A DNA stretch of 63,384 nucleotides, counting the filler, from Bipalium vagum (taxonomy: Eukaryota), in NCBI GenBank assembly GCA_037834085.1. It is 3 parts of 3 records of this genome, joined end to end, with 100 filler letters (N's around TTAATTAATTAA, not from the genome) between each part and the next. Parts side by side here need not be neighbours in the genome. Positions count along the whole stretch, not along the records: positions 44,368 to 63,384 come from JBBMKC010013167.1; 2 more parts are not named here. One strand, given 5' to 3'. Made by a program: the position numbers and the translations under genes. Of the stretch, positions 51,776 through 63,384 are shown piece after piece. The number at the start of each line of letters is the position of its first letter. The first letter of the stretch is position 1. The notes beneath the pieces were generated by a model. That model was not told the origin of the DNA. It was given only the letters and a program-made list of their open reading frames with translations, and did not search any database.

Positions 51776-54700
51776 TCATAAATTTTCCAAGTTACTGGAA
51801 CTAAAGCAACCAGAATCCAATTTTTGCACTTCACAATCGATTATAGAAGTGCTAGTGATAGTGCTGGCACTACAGGCAATACCAAAGTCAATGGTGGTGC
51901 CAGAGTCAATGACAGAAGATTTCTTGTTCTTATTGTCATTTTTTCTGTAAATTATAGGTTTTAAGGTCAATTCTGGACAAGAGTCACACGAAAAGAGAAT
52001 GGGCGTTTCCGGTGAACAAGTCGATATGCTCCGCCGTAATTTTACTTTATTCTCCAGGAAGTTTTGCAACAACGTCTCAAACTCATTCTCCTCCATCCAC
52101 GACGAAAAAGTCAAATTGTTTAGCTTACAATACAATTGACTGGCATAAAAAACCGTGTGAGTGGTAAACTTTTCGTATGACATAGTCAGTTTTCCATACT
52201 TTCTAGAACGGAAAAATTAATTGTAAACGTTAAACAGACACTCACGTGCTGGAATATTTGTCGTGACAAGCACTAACGGACGGATACTTAGGTTCACCAC
52301 CAGAAATAAAGGCCAATATTATCACGTGCATCTTTAACCCGATCAATGAAATATCACGATGCTTATATCCTGTCAATTTCTCAAAATGGTTCGGCCAAAC
52401 AGTGTCCATTTTTTCCGCTGCCTGCTTCATGTTTACCCAAACACTATCGTCGAACCTGCAATGTTAGCACAATTAGAGCGACGATTCTCTCTCGTGATGG
52501 CGAGCTGAATGCACACAAGGTCACTGAGAATAAATTGCTGAGTCTCACGCGCTTTCATTGGAAATGGGAATGATGAAAAAACGAATATTTTTCAACTAAG
52601 CAAGATAGAGAAAGATTCGGTTCTTTCGAAATTACGATAATCATTGATGGAAACAGAAACTTTCCAACTTATCCTGACCAAAGCTAGAAACGATTCAAGG
52701 AAGGAAACAAAATTAAAATATCGATAGGGAGTTTTTTTAGATTTTTGAACCATGGTTAAAAAGGAAAAGACATTTATTTTGATTTAAATGTCGTATTTGT
52801 TGACGATTTTCTAAAGAAAAGTTTCCCACTGCACATACCTGCCAATCCAGCATACCAATCAATACAGATTGTCGAAACCTATCCATCGACCGGCTAGTAG
52901 CTATTATCTGACGACAGTAACAGAAACGCTTTGGGAACACAAATTCTGGCGCCACTAACTACCAATAACACTTCCTATACTCCTCATACCAGGAGCATAA
53001 ACTTATGACAATTCCAGTCTCAATGTTCCGATAACCAAGGTACCAAAAACCGCAGAATTGCTCGGGTTAACTGGTGACATGCTAGCAATCTTGGCAGGTC
53101 GCAGTGGAGTAGCTCCACAGAGCTCAAAAGTTTCCAGATTTTCATAAAATAAAATAGCTTATAAATGCGACAGTTAAATAAAATTTCAGCCAGAAAAAAA
53201 GAAATTTATTTTTAAAGTAAAATTAGAAATTTATAAAAATATAAAACGAACAAGGATAAAAGAATAATGATAAGAGTGTCGGAAATTATTTCTCAATCTG
53301 AAAACTAAAATGGATATAAATAAATGGATTATTTAAATCGAGATTTAAAATTTTGATTCTAACACAAAAAATATGAAACCAGGAAAAGTTGAATTCTTTG
53401 TTTTTTTTAATTTATCAATTCAATTCAATAATCAATTATTCATTTAATTTTTTAACAGTGTTATATTATTAAAATTTCTACATTATTTACATGTGTATAT
53501 CTTTAACTTGTAATTTTAAAATTAAAAATTTCCATGGCATAACAATAGCTTTTTGTGTTTTAGCAATCTTTTTTCTCTTTTCGTCATAAATCAATAAGAA
53601 AAAAGAACATTAATGAAATTCTCAAACCTGATATTCTCGAATTCATCAATCAAACGAGCCAACCACATTGCTGCAGCAGCTCTTTTAGAAGCAGGCAGCA
53701 ACATGAGAGTGTAACAGTGAAGAGTCATGTCTAAAATGAAACTGGACAAGTGCAAAATCGTTGAATTCGGCTGTTCGATCTAAAATGAAACCTTAATTGT
53801 TAAGTGATACAAAAATCAATAACACTGACAAACAGAAACCGGTTTCGAAAATTGATAGCATGTGGTTTGGTAAGGTTGAAATCTATAACCATCAACAATC
53901 GCAATTCGGCCTGCTTTAAATGCTTCAACTGGCAACCGGTAATTTCTGCCATTCTGTCAGTAATGGAAAATCCTTCGTATTTAGCGGCCACCCAAATTGC
54001 GCCCAAAGTTATCCATTTTAGGTCGATTCTAAAGTATCAGTTAATTGATCGAAACATCTAATCGATCCAATTAATTCTCACAGAGGAACATTGTCAACGC
54101 GACTGAGATATTGGTAAATAAAATCAACGGCCATATGGATAATCTCGTTGGGAATAAAGCAGCAATTGGACAGCTCAAACAAATTATTGACGAAACCGCC
54201 AAGTATGCAGCCAGTCAATTCGAAACTGGACGGCATGAAATCGAACAATTTGTTACAAGACTGTAAAAATTAAACAATCGATTTCAATCGTAACAATTAT
54301 CGATCTGTTATTAGGATCAACTATTTGCTTTAATTTGTGTAGAGATGATTAAGATTTTCTTTTTATTATTTAATTACCACTATTAATTTTTTATTATTAA
54401 TAATATCAGTTAACATTACCTTTTCGGAAAGGCTTAACGCAGAGACAGAATTTGAAGAGCGAGTTTGCAGAGAAAAATTATAAAAATACTATTGACATTA
54501 TTAGAAAGGGAAGATTAGACACTTCGAAAATAGAAAAAATATTTTAAAAACATGAACTTATCTGATTTAAAAATGATATCAATTTTCTTAAAAATAACTA
54601 GGAAATCATTAATTGATCAATAAAAAATTAATATTACAATGAAACTAAATTAAAAATGAGTTTATTGGTTCTGACAACATAATTTTAAATTTTTATCGAT

Positions 54701-56150
54701 TTTTTATTATTACGGAAATTTTCATTTGCATTAATTAAATTAAATCTCTTAATTTTCAGAGTGGTTCATTTGATTTTATGATAATACTGAATTTATTATT
54801 ATCAGTTAAAAACACTTCGAAAATAGCTGAAAACAGAGAAAGAATTCGAAGGACTGTCTAATAATGTAAAATGAAAGTGGGAAAATCAATAATTGTCAAT
54901 GATGGAAACCGAATATTTGAAATATTCGGCCAAACCGGAAAGTCGTCTCAGCAAAATGTTCTATTTTTACCAGCTTTTCCAAAAACAGTTCGTGGAAGTG
55001 GAAGGTATTGATATTCTCCATCATTAACGAGTTGAGATAGATATTTTTGGACGGGAACCGGTAATTCGTGACGACAGGACCGTTCAGATGGTTCAGAACG
55101 AAATATAAGCTAATCAGACACTGTGACTTGTATTGATTATTTTCTGTGATAATAAATTGTTCCTGAGGACTGCACCACTTTCTGGGCGACTGCAAAATGA
55201 CTCGCTTATCGATTTTGCACGAATCCATTATGGTTAGCCACAGACTAGAATTTTTATCGACCTTCACTAACTTTGACTTCTTGGACGATTCCGGAACCAC
55301 GATGTGATTTTCATACTCACCATTGTATCCTTTGGAAGGTGTGACTAAAGCCTGGGAAATGTTGGAAACATTTCCTCCAGAAATGTTAACGAAAATTTCC
55401 TCTTGGTTGTTAGACTCATCAGAAATCTCCAACGTTCGTTGACGTTTCGTGTGAATGAAGCTACTGTCCACATTGCTTTCGGCATCTGTGAGAGTAGGCT
55501 GCAATTTCTGAAAAATGGATATTTCGTTTATTATAAATTTCGATAACAATTCTAACGTCTTGAACAAAATCAAAGCCAGTTTCCTCTACAATAAAAAATC
55601 AATTGTCAATATGAGAACATGGATAAAGTTTCGCAATAAACACAGCATTACCCTTTCTGCGCTTTATTGACTTAGTTTTTTCATTTGTCTTAAAAATCAT
55701 ATCAATATTACGTTTTTTTAATATTTCTGTTAATTACTTCCACAAAATTAGAATATTCCTGAGTTTTATAAAAGCAATTATCTTCAACTCTTTGTAAATT
55801 AACGATTCCCTGTTTTCTGCTCGTTGGAATCTGTTTATTATCATTACAGTTTGTTATCTCTCTCAAGCATTTTGTATTATTTTGACAGAAATTAGATTTT
55901 AGCTTTATTTCACTCTTAATTTGGTTTTTGAAATGATGGGCTGCCGAAAACTCATCCCTTGCATTATCGTCATCGTCAGATATCACATATTTCTGTTTTT
56001 CCATTAAAAACCAAAACTTACCAATTATCTGAAAGTATATTAAATCTGTCAAAATTTATAGATAAGAATAGATGAACTTTTCTTAAAAAAACAAAGATTA
56101 ATGAAATGGTATAAAATATATTAAAACAAACGCTTACAAGACATTGTCAT
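51776..56150 (-). CDS. Divergent A/B-type (cyclin B3-like) cyclin, multi-exon
   Basis: Cyclin-box exons 54260-54082 (EIIHMAVDFIYQYLS), 54028-53824 (LGAIWVAAKYEG..QAELRLLMVIDFNLTKPHAINF), 53779-53628 (SSFILDMTL..LPASKRAAAAMWLAR), 52430-52245 (WPNHFEKLTGY..ACHDKYSS) and the last exon to 51776. Long low-complexity N-terminal exons (55509-54896, ~56030-55710). Exact 5' and middle exon structure is uncertain. Confidence 0.8.
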
Positions 56151-56216
56151 CAATTATTATAAAAATATATACTTAAGTGATTCTAATAAAAGAATTTACA
56201 AAATATTCAATATGCT

Positions 56217-56238
56217 ATATATATATATATATATATAG
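56217..56238. repeat. (AT)n microsatellite between the divergent genes
   Basis: atatatatat... visible directly. Confidence 0.9.
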
Positions 56239-57725
56239 CTATATATAATTGTTAAATTTGATTTTTTTAATGATTTGTAAGAAGAATCACTCATAAATTT
56301 ATTTGTAATAATATTTGAAATACGTTGATAAGTAAATTAATATATTAGTCCTAAGCTAAAAAACTTATTGGAATTGAGAAATAGATTTGTAATTCATATG
56401 TTCCTAGGTAGACAGAAAAAAAGTGATATTTCATTTAGTAAATAAGAATGGTGATAATAAACAGGATTTGGTGCTTTTCATACATTTCAATGAATTTGAG
56501 TTTTACGAAATTTAATCACTTTGGAATTAAACCAAAGATTTGTGTGATGTAAAGTAAGCACTCTAATACTTTTGAAATTGATATTGGAAGTAAACTAAGA
56601 AAATATTAAACTATTTAAGCGTGATCATATAAAATTATAAGAATAGTTTATAATGTGAACAACTAAGCATGGTAATTGCATTTATAAACTAAAATTGAAC
56701 TGCATAATTTCCCATTTAATATTATAATTTTACTAAGTAAATCAAACATAGGTTAAACGGTTTTTTTAGAACATCTAAATAAAAATAAATGGATATTTAT
56801 ATACCTAAATATTTATCATGAAATAAACACTAACTACTTTTATCCGTTTATGATACATCTACTCTTTGGAAGTTATATATATATTCATGTTATTAAATTA
56901 TTACAACTTATATGATTCTTAAACAATTTTGCATAAATTGGAAAGTCTTAAGGTGTAATTATAAAAGAAAAGTCATATCATTATAGACAATCAGTTTAAT
57001 AACAATTCATAATTGAAATCTAAATCTTTATCGACTTAAAAATTTCTTTCATTTTTACTATATTCAATTACATAATATATCATAAACTTATTCATTCTTA
57101 GTCAAGAGCTAAGCGAAGTATTAAACTTAGTTGTATCTTATAAATTTTTTGTGAACTTATGATTGCCTTTTAATGAATGTAAACTTTTAATGTAAAAGAA
57201 ATTTTTATAAAAATTAATGTCTTTATGAACACTATATTCTAAAGTTTCAAAAGAGTTGGGAATTTTAAATTGATTAAATTTGTAAGAGTCGATTACCTTT
57301 ATCGATGCTTAAACAATATTAAATGATTTTTTATGTCAATGGGATTCTTTTATTTCAAATTATATAAAAAAGTCTAGAGCATAATTTTAAACTTGTTGCA
57401 TCATTTTGAATTAGAATACTTATGTAAATTTTTAATGTAAATTTTTAAGTAATAAATTGGTTATAAGAAATATTAAGAAGTTATTCAATCACATTTTTAA
57501 AATCAAATAATAAATTAAAGAAATAAATTTTGTTTATATATTTCACAATTAATTCAACCTTAATCAAAAGTTCTTTAAATATTTTAAATTACTTTATTCT
57601 TTCATTTTAATTTCTTAAAATTGTATTATCTATTTCAATTTAGATTATCGATTTATTTTATAGAAATAAGTTTAGATTAATATTTTAATTAAATATTTTT
57701 ACAGATCTGCATAAGGAGATTTTCA

Positions 57726-60454
57726 ATGATTGATCAAGGATCTCACAAAGAAAAAGATAATTTAAATGGACTTTTAGCTAGTAAAGATGTTGTCAGAAGA
57801 ATGATAGATTTAGATGGATTTACTAAAGAATCTGTATCTAGTATAATAAAATCAAGGTAATATGTTAAACATGGTTTTCAATGAAAGTACCCTTTACAGA
57901 ACTGAACAAGATGAACAAATTTCGTGGAAATATCTGAGATTAGTAAATTTCACAAATGTGGATTTACTAAAAGCTTATCGAAAATTAGCTTCCGTATTAT
58001 TTATAACTGGTGATAGTCAAGACATAGACCTTATCCACGAAAGGTTCTGTAAAATATATTGTGAACAAAATCCTAATAGCTTTTCTGAAGGTAATTTATA
58101 TTCGTAAGATTGTAAATTTATCTTTTAAAAAAAAATTTTAATTTTAAAACAATTAACGGTCCAGTCTATTTTTTATTACTTAAAGTTTGACAGACATCCA
58201 GTAAGTTTATTGAGCATGAATGACATGTGATAAAATTTAACATATTATCATTATTATTAATTAGGATAAATATTAAGTTGTTTTATATTAATTATATAAT
58301 TTTATTAACTTTCCAATCATATTGAGTCTGAAATCATAAGTCATATAGAAACATTTTGTTTTATTAAGATTTCGTAATCGCAATATGAGATAATTTTGGT
58401 TTTATCAATTGATAAATTTCACTGAGAAATGATAAGAAAACAAGTTGTTTCTAAGCTTTAAAAGCTCGTCCATTTATTTGAGTACTGATATTGATTGGAT
58501 AATACAAGAAAACGAGTTTAATCTTACTATCATTTTTTCTGAAAATTTTATCTATTTGATATCTTAATTCTCAGTATAATTAAAATGATTTTTTATTTTA
58601 GATAAGTGTCTCACTATTGTCACTGCATTTATAATGCTTAATAGAGATCTGCATTGCAAGGTGAAAAAATTTGGTAAATGTTCACAGTTTTAAAAATTTC
58701 TCTCTATAGAAAGTCTCAAAGAAAATGACTGTGAATCAATTTATCCTCAACATTCAGAAAGGGTTTCCCCAATATAACTTCGAGACAGAATACTTGAAAA
58801 ACATTTTTAAAACCGTCAAGGAAAATGAAATCCGACATTCGTGAGTATTGACTTCGTAGACAATGGTATTTTTTAAAAAAGAACATTTAAATCGTTCAGG
58901 GAAGATATTGATAGAGTTAAAAAACGAACTCAGGAGAATGAATGTGATAGTATTTTCGATAAAAAGAAGAAGAAAGTAGATGAAATTGTCGAAAAAGTAA
59001 TTTAAAATGTTTGAGATTATTTTCAAAATTGTATTTTAGGATGAAACAGTTCGAAATTTTGGTTTCAAGGTTATTAAAATGAAAATGTTAAGAAACTCGA
59101 CTTTTCAACTGTGTCAGTTTTTTCAATGATTATTTACCTTACTTCAAGACTTGGTTTGATCCAGTTCTAAATATCTTGAATTTATATTTACAATATTTTA
59201 CTTCATTTAAAAATTCTTAAGACATCAAAAAATGGTAAAGAAAAAGAATTCGCGACATCTGTTTCAGTAATTAATCGTTTAAATTATTATTTTTGAGAAA
59301 AAGTCAATTTAAACAATTAACTGATTATATAATCAATTCCTAATACAATATTTATATATTATTTTCTTATTTTTGTCTGTTGAGAACATTTTTTAAAGTT
59401 TTGTTATCAATTCTATTTATAAATTTACAAATGTTTGTTTAGTTGAAAACAAATCTTGGCGAATTTATTTTGTGAGTATTGATAACCTGAAGCTTTCACT
59501 GTACAAATACGAAGATTTCCAGAATTTCTATCAAAGTAAATTTGAAGACAATCGGTATCATAATAGTACTATAAATTTTGATTAAAATAAATTCCGTTGT
59601 CGTAGATCAATTAAAATCAGTTTCGAAGACATCAGTTGGCAGTTCGTTGAGCAATTCAAACCCACTGAAGTTCTTTCCTTACATCATGCAGTGGCTCTAC
59701 CAGTGGTAGGAAAAGAGCAAATCTGTGAATTGAAGCTAATCGACAATTCGAAATATCTCTTCAAAGTCAAGTCAGTATTGAAAAAATCTGAAAAATGCTA
59801 ATGTTGTTCTTGATTTAGAAATGGGATGGACATAGAAAGATGGGCCTATACTATAAATCATGCAGCAAGCCAATTGTCGAAACCCCCAATGTTGACTCTA
59901 CAGAGTGAGAGTAACATGAGAACCATTATTAGACACAATTGGTCTGCCGAGTGCAGCAAGTTAGATTTCGTGAGTTCTTCAATGAAAAGTACCTTTGTTA
60001 TTAAAGTTTATATATTATAGGAGGAACAACGTTTGCAAACGAAAAATCAAATGACCTCATTTCAGGATGATTTACAATTTTTAAAGGTCAATCCAAATAA
60101 AAGGTCAAGTTATAAGTCAGATTTGAAATATGTGGAAAATTCTGTATGTTTTTGCAATTAACTTGATTAGTTTTCACCGAAATATTATTGAAATATCTTG
60201 ATTTTTATCTTTAGCTCGTAAGATATAAAGTCTATTATCGCACACTCTGTATGGTAAATGCTAACATCTTTGAATACTGTGAATCGTCGACGGATAAGCA
60301 GTCGTCACAAAATCATAGCAGCAATTGGACTAGCTTCAACAAATCTTCATCCAGCTCCATTCAAATTGAATACTTGTCAAGAATGCCTTGGTCGAGTATT
60401 TCTCAAATCAGTTCAAATGAAACCGACAAAGAAAATGATTATTTAATAAAGTGA
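57726..60454 (+). CDS. PSD: EFA6/PSD-like Arf GEF (Sec7, PH, C-terminal coiled coil), multi-exon
   Basis: RRMIDLDGFTKE; LFITGDSQDIDLIHERF; FIMLNRDLH; KKMTVNQFILN; PH SWRIYFVSI..LSLHHAVALP..YLFKV..RWAYTINHAASQLSKPP; EEQ..YVENSLVRYKVY; stop at 60454; GT-AG introns. An upstream exon is possible because there is an acceptor at ~57704. Confidence 0.88.
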
Positions 60455-62508
60455 TTGGAATTATTTTATTGTAAAGTTGTAAAAAAATGTAAAGAAAAAA
60501 ATTCCAACTTTTTTTATCCATAACTGCTTAATGTTGATTAATTTCGATTATGTTTGTGGATAGATATGTTTTCTTTCAATGAATAAAAATATCTTTCTTG
60601 TTATAAGGTTTTGTTAAGCTTTGGGGTTTTGGTTTTAATTAATTTTAACTAACTTGGATCCTCGAGATTTCTCCAAAACTTAATGTGGCTCATTTATTTC
60701 AAAATTGATCAGAAGGATTTAGAGTGTGTCACGTTCGATTTATATGAAAGGTTACATTTGTTTGTTATTTCTTTTTATCGACTGGGTAACTGTTATAATT
60801 ACAATAATTATGAATCAAAACGTAAATGTGACTTTCAATAATTAAAAATTCAATCAGTAAGGCAAATCAAAACGATTTTTTTATAAATTTAAAAACTTTA
60901 TTTAAATATTGATAAAAAACTTTGTTGAAAAAATAAAATGTTACTAGTAAATACCGGAGAATGATCAGAATAATATTTATACTCTTCGCTAAACCTAGCC
61001 TCAAGAGCCCTCAAAAGTAAAAAGCGCCTCTCCGCCTATTTGACATTGAGAAGGAAAAAAAATACTGGAAGAACAAAAAAAATTAAAAGTTATTTGATTC
61101 TTTCGAAAGTATTCGGGGATCTATCCGTTTACTTCGACTGGTTATTTAATTTAATTATTTATCTACTAACTTGTAGTCAAGTTAGAAACAGAATTGTCCA
61201 ATTTGAAATCAAATTGCAATTCTTGATATTTATAAATTAATGTAAGTTACTCGAATTTACCGAAATTTCCTTGTTGGATAGTATTCTGGTTATATATTGA
61301 CTTCTTGTAAGTTAGACTCGATTAAAAAGTGATTGTCTGACTGAATGCAAGTAGTTTCTTGGTTTTCGTCTTGTCGGATCGATTATATGATTTGTCGTTG
61401 GTTGGATGTTGTCCTTTAATTGGATTTTTGTCCGAATATATTTTTATTACGTTCCTCCTGGATGATCAAATTGTGTTTTCTAAGTATTTTTACTGCGACT
61501 TTTATAATAGGCCTTCTGGTAATTCGATATTATCTGTCAAAGCTGATAGTTTCTTGCCCAATTTAATTTGCAATTTGATATAATAACAGTTCCTTTTGAC
61601 AGTTCTGGAAATTTGACACCAAACTTTTCTACTAAGTTTTCTATTAATTTTCTGGCCTTTTGTTTGAATAATTATTTTATATTTATACTAAATTTTTTAT
61701 TTATTATATATTTTTAGTAATTTAAATATTCTATAAATATTTTTATTGAGACTATTTAGTTAATTTTAACATCACTTTTCATTTTAAGTAATGATTTTTA
61801 TTGTTTCTAATTTTAGAAATATATTTAATTTCTTCGTTATTTTTTATGAATTTTATTTATATTTTAATTATTTATTTAATTTTAAATATTTCACCGAATT
61901 TACTAGTAACAATACAATATTTTATTTTTATACATTTACTAAAACATTATAATAATTATATTTTGCTACAGGTTATACAGATTTATCATTCAAAGGATTA
62001 AATCACATCAGGAATAGTTTAAATTATCAAAAAATCATGCACAGATATAGGATATTGAATTTGGATCATATACAAGTTATATAATGGTTCTTTTTTTATT
62101 TTTTTGTCTTCAGATCGTTGGCCTTGGAGTCCCCACATTATTAAGCCTAATAAAGTCAATAATAATAATAATAGTTATCAATTATAATAATTGTATTTTC
62201 CGAAAGTAAAGAATAAAAGTCTAAAAGTTGTTGAGGTTCAACTCCCATCTTATAAGTTCTGTAACTAAAATTTTGGCGGAAAATAAAATTAAAATAATAG
62301 GCTGGCTAATTTAAAATTCAGTATTTTAATTATTAATTTAAAATTATTTTAAAAATAAATTTTAAATATTGTTTTAGAATCAACTACTGATTTTTAATCA
62401 CTAGCATGTATTTCTAAAATTATATTTTTCAAAATTTTAAAAAATTTATTTTATTTTTATTATTTTTTTTTAATTTTAGTAATTTTTTTATTTTTAGTTC
62501 AAGGCGAC

Positions 62509-62710
62509 ATGTTTGAAATGAATATTTCAAAAACCCATTTTAGACATATTTTGTTATATTATTACGGGAAGGAGGAAATGCAGCACAAGCAAAGTGAAAG
62601 CTATGTGCCGTATATGGAGAAGATTGTATTAGCATATGTTAAGATCCTAAACTGGTTGATGTTAAAAGTGGAGCTTACTATGATACTTAGGTCTAAACGC
62701 GTGAAGGTTG
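62509..62710 (+). mobile_element. Mariner 5' (HTH) fragment
   Basis: ISKTHFRHILLYYY..NAAQA..KLCAVYGEDCIS (frameshifted). Confidence 0.7.
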
Positions 62711-63316
62711 CTTATTTATGTGTTCGGTTAAAATAACTAAGAAAACGCTTTGACTTTTAAAAACCCTTCTTTGGTTCAAAATAAAGTTAAAATACGTGAT
62801 ATCGGTTCTGACTGATTAGAGTAGATTTTATTAATTGTAATTATTATTTAGGAAAAGCCTCTCGTTCTTAGACTCAGAGGTCCTTGAATAAAAAAAATAT
62901 ATACCTCACCACCCTACTTAATGTGTGAAGTATGAACAGTAAAAAGAACAAGGAATAAGAAATAGAAGTTAAAAAAAATTAGATAATCCTCATGTCCTGG
63001 CCTGAGTATTTATTTACTTATTTGGGACAAACTGTGTCTTGTCTAAGAAGACACACCTGCTTAATAAAAAAATGAAATATCAAAATTATTATATTGCTAT
63101 TATAAATCTACATCAATCTTGTGAACCTTTGGTTCCAAGCTAGCTTTGCTTATTAAATTATTATTGTTTATATATCTTATAATAAAAACTTTGTTATAGT
63201 TTTATATATAGTTATATATAAATTATTATTGTTATAGTTATATATAACAAGTTACGAGTATAAGATTGTAATTCAAGTTTCATCTTGTTTGAACGTAATT
63301 ATCATTATTTTTAGAA

Positions 63317-63384
63317 TGGCAAACAAACGACTACCAATTATAGAACTCCACAAACAAGGAAAGCGTCCATGTGAGATTGTTACA
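63317..63384 (+). mobile_element. Start of a probable DD37D/Tc1-like transposase running off the window
   Basis: MANKRLPIIELHKQGKRPCEIVT fits the R..II.L...G....EI HTH start. Confidence 0.5.

Noticed and set aside
1-63384. tRNA, rRNA, spliced-leader RNA or hammerhead ribozyme genes
   Set aside because: No convincing cloverleaf, SL or CUGANGA/GAAA core with stems was seen by eye; tRNAscan-SE and Infernal/Rfam would be needed to exclude them.

Overview
AT-rich eukaryotic (metazoan, invertebrate-like; flatworm-like character is only an impression) scaffold with five assembly gaps, many short (~40-55 bp) introns and a very high load of decayed transposons. Host genes that can be rebuilt from the sequence: (1) the 5' half of a Raf-family kinase on the minus strand (exons 15163-14729, 5230-5127, 5073-4898, 1540-1406; RBD plus C1 domain; the kinase domain must lie off the left edge); (2) an intronless 396-aa class A peptide-type GPCR (19663-18473); (3) a divergent mitotic-type cyclin (about 56150-51776, minus); (4) a head-to-head EFA6/PSD-like Sec7-PH Arf-GEF (57726-60454, plus). 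Mobile DNA includes about 14 mariner fragments, Tc1, DD37D/maT and Tigger/pogo relics, a Gypsy gag-pro-RT fragment and a NeSL-like non-LTR retrotransposon with a Ulp1 protease domain. The best second-look signals are a complete -1 frameshift cassette (C CCA AAC plus a predicted H-type pseudoknot) joining Gypsy gag and pol, an Asp at the Sec7 glutamic finger, a cyclin lacking the MRAIL/W patch, a mariner-Tc1 hybrid locus, and a GC-rich element with a 50-bp self-complementary tandem array. I found no convincing evidence of a wholly new multi-gene system; these are the strongest candidates. All translations were read by eye and no database searches were run.
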